From Calditrichales bacterium (GTDB taxonomy: Bacteria > Calditrichota > Calditrichia > Calditrichales > J004), in the NCBI GenBank assembly GCA_965267575.1, contig OZ254086.1, positions 832,001 through 896,000 on the forward strand: a DNA stretch of 64,000 bases. The letters run 5' to 3'. Numbering within the stretch: the first letter of the stretch is position 1; every line of letters starts with the position of its first letter. Positions 18,964-28,674 of the stretch are shown here, in pieces. A model generated the notes under the pieces. That model was given only the letters and a program-made list of their open reading frames with translations. It had not been told where the DNA came from and made no database searches. A program made the translations under genes and the position numbers.

Positions 18964-21716
18964 GTGACCAAGCCTTTATCTATTTTGGCTTTTAAATCTA
19001 TTAATTTGCGATAAAAGGCTGAATCCTTATCTCCGTTTTTCCAGGCCTCCAGCAAGTCGTTGCAAATCTCAAGTGCCTTTTTTTTGTTTCCCATAAGGCG
19101 GTATACATCTGCAATTTCATACATAAAATAGGGATAAAAGACACGGTAAAAGGTTACATCTGTCATGGGCGATTCATTTATGGCAATAGCATCTTCGTAT
19201 CTTCCCGCTTTTTTGTAAGCCATAACAAGCGGTAGCTGGTATTTATAACCCCATGATGATTGTTCCAGCAATTTAATGGCCCGTGTATACTCTTTTTCTG
19301 CCAGAGCAATGTACCCGGCGGGGTGATAGTAATAACGGTTGGGTTTATTGTTTAGCTTTTCCAGCAATTCTTCCGTTAATGATTTTGCCTTTTCCAAAGT
19401 GCCGAATTGAGCATGCCAGGCCGCTATATCCCGCAAAACGCGCAGATGTCCGGAGCTTTCATATACCGCGTTGTACTCGTCCAGGGCTTTGTCATGCTCT
19501 CCGCTTAATTCATACATAAAGGCCAGGCCCAGGCGAATCATGTCATAAACAAACCGATCGTGATCTGTTTCCATCGGGAGCGTTTTAAGATAGTTGCGCC
19601 AACCTCTTTTTGCGCGCTCTTTCTGCCCGATTTGGAAAAGCAGGCTGTACTTGCTGGTATGGGGGTTCTCCATATAATCTATTTTGTCGTAATGGGCAAT
19701 GGAAGAATCATAATAAGCCAGGGCTTGATTGTAGTTCTTGGTTAGCATGGCGAGATTGCCCACGTTCAGATAGTTCCGGAAATTACCGGGTTCAAGTTTA
19801 ATCTGTTGCAGTGCCTGCGCCCGCGCTTTTTCATATTGACGGGCATTGAAATAGGCATCAAACAGGTGCGCCATTCCCAATCTAAAATCAGGGTCAAGCT
19901 CCAGTAAAGATTCCATGACTGTAATGGCTTCATTATACTTTCCGCTGTGAAAATAGCTTTCGCTAAGCTGGTACAGGGCCTCTTTATCGTTTGGATAATC
20001 TTCAACGACCTTTTTAAAAAGAGGAATGGTCTCCGCAAACCCCTTTTCTTCTCTTTCGATGATAGCCTCAGTCAGCCGGTAATTTACCTTGCTGAGCTGA
20101 TCACCGTATTTAAGCGCCTTTTTGTAGAATGCTGCAAGCTCTGCCGTGTTATCCCTCTCCCAGCCAATAGCCGTTGCATATTTGTAGTAAGCCAGAGCGA
20201 AGGTGGAATCCAGCGTAAAGGCCTTTTCGAATTGTTCTGCCGCCGCAATCCAATTGTACTTATTCAGCAGTTTATCGCCTTCAAATATGTACCTGTAGGC
20301 TTCAAGGTTGTCAGTTGCTTTACCGGATTTGGAAGCTTTCGGGGCTATCGTTATAAAGTTGGTTACGATTTCAGAACTCAACCGATCAACCAGTTGAAGC
20401 ACTTCTTCTCCGCTGACATGGTTAGCCAGGACAATCTTTTTGTCTTTGAGATCTTCCAGTTGAAAATCAATACGCACCTGCGTACCGATTTTAAAAATGC
20501 TGCCATACAGAATATTCCTAACCCCGGCTTTTCCGGCCACCTCCGATGCCGTTGAGCGATCGATATTTTCAATATTTTCCAGGTTCATCTTTTTTAAGAT
20601 ATCATACATGCGCTGGTAACCGAGCACATCAATCCCGTCTACTCTTTCCAGGTCGGTTATGAGCATATGCGGCAACCCGCGGCTGAACCATTTCATCTCT
20701 TCGTCGGCGGAGTTGTTCTCAAAATACATTACGGCGATACTGTTTTTATTGGTGGAGCTGCTTAATGCTGCTTCCTGTTCGCTGCCCCAAAAGCTATTGG
20801 TAATTATGACAAGAGCTGTAAGCAGCAATACCACAGCACCTGCAATGATAAAGGGTTTTTTGGATCGTTTTGACAAAGCTGCTTTATTGCCGGTTACTGT
20901 TTTATCACCATCATTTTTGTGTGCCAGGTCGCTCAAAATTTCCGACATATCCTGGTAACGATTATCAGGCTCTTTTTCCAGGCATTTGTTCACAATGGAT
21001 ATTACTTCCCCCGGTACGTCCGGATTTACCGAGGAAATATTTTCCGGCGCTTCGTTTAAAACCGAATAAATAATCGCTTGCTCATAATCGCCTTTAAAGG
21101 GCAATTTCCCGGTTAATAACTCGTAAAGAACAATCCCGAAACTCCAGATATCCGTGCGCTGGTCTACGTCAGCTCCTCGGGCCTGCTCCGGGGACATAAA
21201 AGCGGCAGTACCGACGGTGGTGCCCACTTGTGTAAGCTGCGCCGAGCCCCGGAATTTAGCCAGGCCAAAATCCATAATCTTCACCTCACCATCCGGGCTG
21301 CTCATAATATTAGCCGATTTTATATCGCGGTGAACGATGCCTTTCTGGTGCGCCGCCCAAAGTCCTTTGGCAACTTGCCGCGCAATGTCAACCGCCTCTT
21401 CAACCGGCAACGCTTTGCCCTGAATGTGGTCCTTCAGGTGCTTGCCGGGAATATACTCCATAACCAAAAAAAGCTCATCGTCGGCCTCTTCAATAGCATG
21501 GATGGTGGCAATGTTGGGATGATTTAAGGCGGCTGCCGCTTTGGCTTCAATCTCAAAACGCTTGCGCTCATCGGAATTGGCGGTAATGTGGCGCGGTAAA
21601 AACTTGATGGCTACCTGGCGCTCCAGCTTCGTATCCTCGGCAAGATATACCACGCCCATACCGCCTTCGCCCAGCTTTTCAATAATATTATAGTGTAATA
21701 TATGTTTTCCGATCAT
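18960..21716 (-). CDS. Hanks-type Ser/Thr protein kinase with TM helix, TolB-N-like domain and TPRs
   Basis: Intact kinase motifs; SIAVMYFEN; TPR-like LDSTFALAYY and LELDPDF. Confidence 0.93.
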   Translation of the reverse strand: MIGKHILHYNIIEKLGEGGMGVVYLAEDTKLERQVAIKFLPRHITANSDERKRFEIEAKAAAALNHPNIATIHAIEEADDELFLVMEYIPGKHLKDHIQGKALPVEEAVDIARQVAKGLWAAHQKGIVHRDIKSANIMSSPDGEVKIMDFGLAKFRGSAQLTQVGTTVGTAAFMSPEQARGADVDQRTDIWSFGIVLYELLTGKLPFKGDYEQAIIYSVLNEAPENISSVNPDVPGEVISIVNKCLEKEPDNRYQDMSEILSDLAHKNDGDKTVTGNKAALSKRSKKPFIIAGAVVLLLTALVIITNSFWGSEQEAALSSSTNKNSIAVMYFENNSADEEMKWFSRGLPHMLITDLERVDGIDVLGYQRMYDILKKMNLENIENIDRSTASEVAGKAGVRNILYGSIFKIGTQVRIDFQLEDLKDKKIVLANHVSGEEVLQLVDRLSSEIVTNFITIAPKASKSGKATDNLEAYRYIFEGDKLLNKYNWIAAAEQFEKAFTLDSTFALAYYKYATAIGWERDNTAELAAFYKKALKYGDQLSKVNYRLTEAIIEREEKGFAETIPLFKKVVEDYPNDKEALYQLSESYFHSGKYNEAITVMESLLELDPDFRLGMAHLFDAYFNARQYEKARAQALQQIKLEPGNFRNYLNVGNLAMLTKNYNQALAYYDSSIAHYDKIDYMENPHTSKYSLLFQIGQKERAKRGWRNYLKTLPMETDHDRFVYDMIRLGLAFMYELSGEHDKALDEYNAVYESSGHLRVLRDIAAWHAQFGTLEKAKSLTEELLEKLNNKPNRYYYHPAGYIALAEKEYTRAIKLLEQSSWGYKYQLPLVMAYKKAGRYEDAIAINESPMTDVTFYRVFYPYFMYEIADVYRLMGNKKKALEICNDLLEAWKNGDKDSAFYRKLIDLKAKIDKGLVT

Positions 21717-24343
21717 TTGTCTTTTTCTGCGTGTTTTTCGATAAGCTTCTTATATCCCTGTTCGCCGCGTATAGGGTCCCAAACCGGGTCAAGTTTTAGC
21801 GGCCAAATTCCCAACGCATCGGTAGGGAGAGAAAGCAGTTTATCAATGGCTTGTAAGGCAGGCTTGTGCTCTCCCACCATCACATAAATCTGGGCCAAAT
21901 CCAGCAAACGGAAAGTCCCTCTCCAGGCTTCCTTTTCAATGGGCAAAAGAGCAACGCCCCTTTTTCCATTGCTTAAGGCTTTTTCTTTTTGCCCAAGGCC
22001 CGCATAGGCAAGTCCCAGGGATGTATACAGGCGTGAGTCGTCCGGGTATTGTCTAATTTTTTCCTGCAGGTTTTCCACAGCGGAAGAAAAACTTCTTCTA
22101 GCCTGTTGCTTGTTGTCCAGATATAGGTATACAAAACCCCGCAGTAAATCACCGGGCTTATAGTTAAATTGAGCGTCAAGGTCTCCGAATCCTTCGAGCT
22201 TTGTCAACGCCTCCGCGAAGTTTCGTTCGTAAAGATCCAGGTTCACCAGCTGTAAATTACTCGGCCCATAGTCTAACCCAATATTGTTTGCATGGGCGTT
22301 TTGCAACAATTCCCGGGCAGTGGATATATCGCCATTATCAAGAATCTTACCCTTTGCTTTTGTGAAAATGGGCGCGCCAGCGTTGGGGGCAAGGGAAATA
22401 GCCTTGTTTAAAAACTCTGTCCCCTTATCATATTCTCTCAGCAGATTATAGGTTTCGCCCACGGAAAAGACGGTTGTGTAATTTCGCGGATCCAGCTTAA
22501 ACGTTTTCACAAAATAGCCAATGGCTTCCCTCATTTTTCCTTGTCTGCGGTATACGAAACCGATGCCATTATTAGCAGCCACATTATCCGGCTGCAATTT
22601 TAACGCCTGGTTGTACTGCTCTAAAGCAGATTCATAATTAAGTTTTCCATGATAATAATAGTGTGCCAGGGCCACATGGGCCATTGGAAGATCGGGGTCA
22701 ATTTCCAATGCTTTTAGAGCATTAGTTTTGGAATTGTCTAAATTTTCCCTGGTGCGTTCGGCATATTCCCAATACAGGTTGGATTGCATAATGGATAGAC
22801 CGGCGTATGCCGCGGCGAAATTATTATCGAGGCCAACCGCCTCAAGAAAAAGCTTTTCGGCAAGTCGGGTATTCTGCACGTTTGTTATATCTTCGCCCAG
22901 CAAGACCGCCCGCAAATAAAGATCATATGCGGCGGGATTGTCGGTTATTTTTTGTTCCAGGGTTTTCTTTTCCGATTTCAGCAGCTTTAAGTTAAGGGCT
23001 TCGGCCACGGTTGAAGCAATTTTTGCCTGCAGCTCAAAGACGTTGGAAAAATCAGCTTCGTATGGTTTAGACCAAATCTGTGTTGCATTATTGATTTCAA
23101 TAAGCTCAGGATTTACACGCACGCGTTTTGAGCCGTCCGCGATTTGTTCCCATTGCACCGTACCTTCAAGTATGTAGTCAACGCCGAGTTCGCCGGCTAT
23201 TTGCTGTAGGTCTTTTTCGCTATTTTTATACTGCATGGCGCTGGATCTGGCGATGACTCCCAGGCCGGAGAGCCCCGATAGCTTGCTGGTAATCTCTCCT
23301 GTTATTCCATCCGCAAAATATTCATCCTCGGTATTGCCCAGGTTTTCGAAGGGTAGTATGGCCAGCATTTTTTTTGTGGTTCGCGCGTTTTCCGCTCCCG
23401 GTTTGAGGATATACCAACCGGCGAATATCAAAACCAACAGGGCAGCCAAAATAGCCGGCCATTTTATGTTAAAGCTTTTTTCTTGCTTCAGGCTGCCGCC
23501 GCTCTTTGCCTCGGAACTATAAACCGGTGTTTTTGAATCCGAACCGCTTTTAAGCTCAGATAAAACTTCGTCCATGGACCGGTAACGGTCGTGCCTCTCT
23601 TTTTGCAGGCACTTCTCAACAATGGCGCATATTTCTCCGGGAATGGCGGGATTTGTATCCTTAAGCGGGGGTGCTTCTTCATTTAGCAGGTTGTAGATCA
23701 ACGCCTGTTCGTATTCGCCTTTAAAAGGCGGCTGGCCTGTCAGCATCTCGTAAAAAACGATGCCGAAACTCCAGATATCGGAGCGCTGGTCTGCCTCTTC
23801 ACCACGCGCCTGCTCCGGGCTCATATAAGCGGCCGTTCCAAGAGTTGTCCCCACCTGCGTAAGCTGCGCAGAGCCGCGAAATTTAGCCAGGCCGAAATCC
23901 ATAATGCGTACATGGCCATCGTCCGTGCTCATGATATTGGCAGATTTAATATCGCGGTGCACGATGCCCTTTTTGTGTGCCGCCTGCAGGCCCTTGGCAA
24001 TCTGTATCGCTATATCAACGGCCTCTTCCACGGGCAAAGGTTTGTTGTTTATATGATCTTTCAAATGCTTGCCGAAGATATATTCCATGACCAGAAAAAG
24101 TTCGTTATCTGCTTCTTCAATGGCATGGATGGTGGCAATGTTGGGGTGGTTCAGCGCGGCGGCCGCTTTGGCTTCAATTTCAAAGCGTTTGCGCTCATCG
24201 GAATTGGCAGCAATATGGCGCGGTAAAAACTTTATCGCGACCTGCCGTTCCAGCTTCGTGTCTTCGGCCAGGTAGACCACGCCCATACCGCCCTCGCCAA
24301 GCTTCTCGATGATTTTATAATGAAGGATTTTTTGACCTGTCAT
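21713..24343 (-). CDS. Hanks-type Ser/Thr protein kinase with TM helix, TolB-N-like domain and TPRs
   Basis: Intact kinase motifs; LAILPFENLG..DEYFADGIT; ALEIDPDL TPRs; LKLDPVWDPIR tail. Confidence 0.93.
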   Translation of the reverse strand: MTGQKILHYKIIEKLGEGGMGVVYLAEDTKLERQVAIKFLPRHIAANSDERKRFEIEAKAAAALNHPNIATIHAIEEADNELFLVMEYIFGKHLKDHINNKPLPVEEAVDIAIQIAKGLQAAHKKGIVHRDIKSANIMSTDDGHVRIMDFGLAKFRGSAQLTQVGTTLGTAAYMSPEQARGEEADQRSDIWSFGIVFYEMLTGQPPFKGEYEQALIYNLLNEEAPPLKDTNPAIPGEICAIVEKCLQKERHDRYRSMDEVLSELKSGSDSKTPVYSSEAKSGGSLKQEKSFNIKWPAILAALLVLIFAGWYILKPGAENARTTKKMLAILPFENLGNTEDEYFADGITGEITSKLSGLSGLGVIARSSAMQYKNSEKDLQQIAGELGVDYILEGTVQWEQIADGSKRVRVNPELIEINNATQIWSKPYEADFSNVFELQAKIASTVAEALNLKLLKSEKKTLEQKITDNPAAYDLYLRAVLLGEDITNVQNTRLAEKLFLEAVGLDNNFAAAYAGLSIMQSNLYWEYAERTRENLDNSKTNALKALEIDPDLPMAHVALAHYYYHGKLNYESALEQYNQALKLQPDNVAANNGIGFVYRRQGKMREAIGYFVKTFKLDPRNYTTVFSVGETYNLLREYDKGTEFLNKAISLAPNAGAPIFTKAKGKILDNGDISTARELLQNAHANNIGLDYGPSNLQLVNLDLYERNFAEALTKLEGFGDLDAQFNYKPGDLLRGFVYLYLDNKQQARRSFSSAVENLQEKIRQYPDDSRLYTSLGLAYAGLGQKEKALSNGKRGVALLPIEKEAWRGTFRLLDLAQIYVMVGEHKPALQAIDKLLSLPTDALGIWPLKLDPVWDPIRGEQGYKKLIEKHAEKDK

Positions 24344-24402
24344 TTTGATAGTCGGAATAAGTTAGGTGTGGTTTTATTTGCCAAGCTGCAAATGAAGCAA
24401 AG

Positions 24403-24436
24403 AAAAAGGGCATCCGCAAGTTTTTCGCGAATGCCC
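24403..24436 (-). terminator. Terminator after the lipoprotein gene
   Basis: GGGCAT...ATGCCC stem with an A5 run on the plus strand (U-tract on minus). Confidence 0.55.
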
Positions 24437-24444
24437 GGAAAACG

Positions 24445-25146
24445 TTAAGGTTTAATGGCCGACGTGGCTGTTGGCCTCAACTCATAATCATAAGATGAAC
24501 GCTTTGGGAAGTCCTGTATCTTTTCGGAGGTACCGTCACTATCGTGAAAAACACGACCATCCCCGTTAGCTATAAAATAGCCGCTGGGGTTGCCCAGGTT
24601 GTCCAGCATAAAGAGGGCGATATGCATACCGGCTATCGCCTGCTGCTGCATTTTCCCGGAAAAGACAACAAGAATGTACGCACTGTCCGTACCTACGGTG
24701 ACCGTCAGCCGTGAAAAAACGGAAAAACTATCGGCTTTTCCAACTACAAAGCTGCCCAGACCATTGCCCATTTCGCTTGCATTCTGGTAATCGATATTAA
24801 CCGTGAGCTGAGAATTGTTTTGATCATAAAAGTGAACATAGTAATCCGCAAATTGCGCTCCGGGAGAGTCACCGGTGCGATTGCTGCTTAACAAAATAAA
24901 GGGCGCTGCATGATAGTATCCGCCGATAGCCGGAGGTGAATCCCCACCATTGATCGGCATGCCAAGCGAATCCATAATACGTAACAATGAATCGGGAACA
25001 ATATCATTAATGTCACGGGAAAGACCATTATCTTCAACGCGCGCCTTCTTTTCTCCATCATCTGTGGGAGAACTGCACGCCACAAAAATTGCCAGGGACA
25101 GAATAAAAAACATTAGTGGCACTAAATGCCGGATCTTGTTACGCAT
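24445..25146 (-). CDS. Hypothetical lipoprotein
   Basis: Lipobox IFVAC, beta-rich body, AGGAG RBS. Confidence 0.7.
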   Translation of the reverse strand: MRNKIRHLVPLMFFILSLAIFVACSSPTDDGEKKARVEDNGLSRDINDIVPDSLLRIMDSLGMPINGGDSPPAIGGYYHAAPFILLSSNRTGDSPGAQFADYYVHFYDQNNSQLTVNIDYQNASEMGNGLGSFVVGKADSFSVFSRLTVTVGTDSAYILVVFSGKMQQQAIAGMHIALFMLDNLGNPSGYFIANGDGRVFHDSDGTSEKIQDFPKRSSYDYELRPTATSAIKP

Positions 25147-25306
25147 AATTCGACTCCTGTTATAGGTTTACTATTATACCACCAACGTAATGATGGTAGT
25201 GGCTAAAAAGACCGGCTATATATTATTTATCAATTAAAGACCCGTCTGTGACCACCAACCCAAAAAAGCAGCTTGGACAAAAAAAACCACAGCTACAAAC
25301 GTACTT

Positions 25307-25648
25307 TCAGGATTGTAATGCTTCCAAAGCTTCCTTTGCGCTGGAATAAGTTTTAAATACTTTGTTAAGCTGCATCAACACCAGCACACTGCTGACCTTG
25401 CCCGTGATTGAGGAAAGCACAAATTGCCCTTCCTGATTTTTTACCGTGGCATAGCTACGCATGATGGCGCCCACACCGACACTGTTAACCCAATCCACGC
25501 CTTCCATGTCCAAGACTATTTTTTTAACCTTCTGCCCCAGCATGGCGCGCACTTCATCGTGCAGCGTTTCCGTATCCGGCATGCCCATTAATTTTCCCTT
25601 AAGCGTAATAACGCCTACGTCACCGTGGATTTTGTCCTTGAACTTCAT
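25307..25648 (-). CDS. STAS-domain anti-sigma factor antagonist
   Basis: KIVLDMEGVDWVNSVGVG (SpoIIAA-like phosphoacceptor region); GGAGG RBS. Confidence 0.88.
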   Translation of the reverse strand: MKFKDKIHGDVGVITLKGKLMGMPDTETLHDEVRAMLGQKVKKIVLDMEGVDWVNSVGVGAIMRSYATVKNQEGQFVLSSITGKVSSVLVLMQLNKVFKTYSSAKEALEALQS

Positions 25649-25870
25649 TGCGACCTCCGAAAAAAAAGATTCTGAACCAAATGTGTTAATTTTTTCCTAA
25701 CCATACAGCAGCGGGCGTCATCAGCAAACCCCGATCTGCCTGTGGACAAATTACTCCGGACTGTGATTTATAAAGTGAGTTAAAAAGCAAAAACGCGCTA
25801 TACGATACGACAAAGGAAGTCAAAAAGAAAGTGCAATTTGTCGCAAATATGATTGAAAAAAACAGACCCT

Positions 25871-26749
25871 TTAAGCCGATTTTAGGGGTGCCCTCAGCGA
25901 ACCGGTTTGCTTCCTGATTACGGCCATCGCGACACCGCCCAGTATCAGGATGCTGGCAACGATGAGTCTTGCGGAAACTACCTCCGCCAGTAAAAGAACG
26001 CCGCCGAAAGCAGCGATAACGGGTACCAGCAGCTGGACAATCGCCGCCAACGTTGTACTAAGCCCCTTAAGCGCTTTGTACCACAGTACGTATCCCAGCC
26101 CGGATGTAACCGAACCGGAGATGACAGCCAGTAAAATACCGCCCGCGTGGATTTGATCGATTTGAATAAACGGAAAGGCGATGATAATGGCGAGCAATGC
26201 CAGCGGCAGGGTGCCTGTGAAGTTTGCCGCGGTGGCTGCTACGGGGGCATACGCCTTTCTGCCACGCACAGAATAAATGCCCCAGGCTATCCCGGAAACA
26301 ACCATCAGCAGCGCGCCGAGAGGATCGGGAGCAGTTAATCCCGGAAAGACCAGAAAAATGAGTCCGCCCAGGGCAAGGGACAAACCCAGCCATTGCAGCG
26401 GATGTGGCCGTTCACCGGAGATCAGCCCGCTGCCTATCATGGTAGCCTGTACGGCGCCGAACAATATCAGGGCGCCAACGCCCGTATCCAGCGTTACATA
26501 GGCCAGCGAAAAGGCCGCGGCATAAACAAAGAGGGCCAGGGCAGAGGCGGCGATTCTTTTTTTGGGTATAGTCTTTATGGGTCCGGCCCTGAAACGTGCT
26601 ATCGGTATGAGGATAAGCGCGCCGCTGAGCAGTCGCAGCGTTGTGAAGGAAACGGGATCGATAAGGGCGCCACCCAGGGCCATGCGGCACAAAAGCGAAT
26701 TGGCGGCAAAAGCAATCAACGTAAATAACGTGAGAACGAATATCAGCAT
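25871..26749 (-). CDS. DMT/EamA-family transporter
   Basis: About 10 TM helices in two repeats; AFAANSLLCR, SGLGYVLWY, QLLVPVIAA; start chosen after the GGGGG RBS (ORF-track start 26791). Confidence 0.88.
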   Translation of the reverse strand: MLIFVLTLFTLIAFAANSLLCRMALGGALIDPVSFTTLRLLSGALILIPIARFRAGPIKTIPKKRIAASALALFVYAAAFSLAYVTLDTGVGALILFGAVQATMIGSGLISGERPHPLQWLGLSLALGGLIFLVFPGLTAPDPLGALLMVVSGIAWGIYSVRGRKAYAPVAATAANFTGTLPLALLAIIIAFPFIQIDQIHAGGILLAVISGSVTSGLGYVLWYKALKGLSTTLAAIVQLLVPVIAAFGGVLLLAEVVSARLIVASILILGGVAMAVIRKQTGSLRAPLKSA

Positions 26750-27037
26750 AACACCCCCGGTGCGGGAAACGGAAAACTCATATTGAATCAATGGCGAAAA
26801 AGATAGATTGCTACGATTTCCGGGGCAATTAAATCAACAGGGCCGCTCTTTATGGCACAGCGTTGAATTGGTAGATAATTATTCATTTAATAATAATACC
26901 CAGATTGTAGTTTGGCGTCAACTTACAATAATGAGTCCCTTTGCAAGACGTATTAAATAACCTTATAAAACAGTTTATTCATATCTTCTGAATGCCTATC
27001 TTTTCTTTAAAGCACTATTACCTTGCTCGGACGACCT

Positions 27038-28612
27038 ATGAAAAAGGCTATTTTCTGTTTACTGCTAACGATGCTAACGATTTCATGCGGCCCTGTTATA
27101 ACCAGGATTGGCTATGAAAGACCTGCCGTCATGGACAAAAAGGAGTATTCCGTACCCATTATCGCCGCAAAGCCGACACGACTTCACGGGTTTGAGAAAA
27201 TCGCCGAAATCAGAATTAAAAATCGTAATTTCAAAATGTTTTCCGGCTGCACGGAGGATCAGATTCGTCATATTCTACAATATGACGCAGGCTTAATAAA
27301 GGCTGATCTGATCAATATCGTCTCCATTCTGTTTCCCAGACGTGACGGTGAATGCTATACCGTGAATGCTGGCTTTCTTAAGAAAACGGCTGATTGGGTT
27401 GATACCGAAGAGGTAATCGCTCAGTATCACTACGATTTTGATACTGAGGTGCTGGACGGTCGTCGCATTGAAGCAGAAGAGGATTCTCTCGTTTTTTACT
27501 CTGACCTGGTTCGAATGACAGATACAAGTGCCACCGATAGCTGCTGGAGTGCTTTCGTTATTAAAAAAGGACGCCAACGCGAGCAACGTGATAACATGTT
27601 CAGTTTTTCTAAAAACGGATTCTATCTTGCGCGCGGAATCCTGTATGAATTCGAACTTGATAACCCGCATAACGAAAGGTTTATGGGGAAACTTGTTGAC
27701 ATAAAAAAGGACACATTGGTCTTTATTAACTTCATGAACCAGTCCGTTGCTTTAAATTCTGTACTCGAATATGATACGCTGCAGCTTTCCTTTGAAGATA
27801 TTAGTAAATTCTACCTTGTCGAAGACCGGGCACTCGGCATCTACAGTAGTATGAATTTAAGTAATTACACTATCGAATATGCGAGAGATACAATATCGTG
27901 CAAAGCACAAAACATGTACGGCCCCATTTATTATAATGACAGCACGGTTTACGAAATCGCACCTTACTTTACTGGTATCGGACTTATTTGGATATATGAG
28001 GATGCCGGTAAAACATATTATTTTTCCGGTGTCCGCCCCAAGCCCGGTACCGTGCCAGTGGACACGACCTTTGACAGGAGATACCCCATTTGGTTTACGC
28101 CCTGTGGCGTTGAGGAAATCAACGGAATCGCTTTTGGACTTTTAGCGGAGAATTTAAAAAACTTCGACAATCAAGATACTTTAACCATAAACGGGCTCAA
28201 CATAGAAGTAAATCCATTCAAGATCTTTAGTGTAATCGGACCTTATACGCCCCCATACATAGACAGCCTCGCTATATACGAAAACCATCTGCGGGGCAAA
28301 GAGACAACTACGGTCAACGGACTTAATTTCAGCGTGATGGGCAATGTAGGGTTGCGTGAGTCGAACGGTATTACCTTAAACGGATTTCATTACATGATTC
28401 TAAAATCCAACTGGATTTCGGTTACAGGTATGAACTCAGCGATTTATGAGTTTAATGGCCTAGCTATTTCAGTTCTAAGAAATAAAGCAACTATCGGCAA
28501 GGGTCTGCAGATCGGGCTTTTTAATTCCTGCAAAAATCTAAAGGGTTTTCAAATAGGTTTATGGAATACGAATGGCAAACGCTCACTCCCCCTGATAAAC
28601 TGGGATTTTTAA
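27038..28612 (+). CDS. Hypothetical multidomain lipoprotein with C-terminal GxQIGLxN beta-helix repeats
   Basis: Lipobox LTISC; GLQIGLFN and GFQIGLWN repeats; terminal LPLINWDF. Confidence 0.6.
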   Translation: MKKAIFCLLLTMLTISCGPVITRIGYERPAVMDKKEYSVPIIAAKPTRLHGFEKIAEIRIKNRNFKMFSGCTEDQIRHILQYDAGLIKADLINIVSILFPRRDGECYTVNAGFLKKTADWVDTEEVIAQYHYDFDTEVLDGRRIEAEEDSLVFYSDLVRMTDTSATDSCWSAFVIKKGRQREQRDNMFSFSKNGFYLARGILYEFELDNPHNERFMGKLVDIKKDTLVFINFMNQSVALNSVLEYDTLQLSFEDISKFYLVEDRALGIYSSMNLSNYTIEYARDTISCKAQNMYGPIYYNDSTVYEIAPYFTGIGLIWIYEDAGKTYYFSGVRPKPGTVPVDTTFDRRYPIWFTPCGVEEINGIAFGLLAENLKNFDNQDTLTINGLNIEVNPFKIFSVIGPYTPPYIDSLAIYENHLRGKETTTVNGLNFSVMGNVGLRESNGITLNGFHYMILKSNWISVTGMNSAIYEFNGLAISVLRNKATIGKGLQIGLFNSCKNLKGFQIGLWNTNGKRSLPLINWDF

Positions 28613-28674
28613 GGCCAGCAGCCATGCTCTTACCTGTCAATCACTATCCAAATCAGAACATGACCCATATTCAA

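Noticed and set aside
16282-24343. Kinase array as an anti-phage defence system
   Set aside because: No nuclease, methylase, toxin or other defence genes are adjacent; the receptor-like topology fits signalling equally well.
25700-25775. GC-rich leader of the STAS gene containing GCTGATGACGCC (fluoride riboswitch- or hammerhead-like words)
   Set aside because: I could not build the fluoride riboswitch pseudoknot or hammerhead stem II plus GAAA, and the downstream gene does not fit. An Rfam cmscan would settle it.
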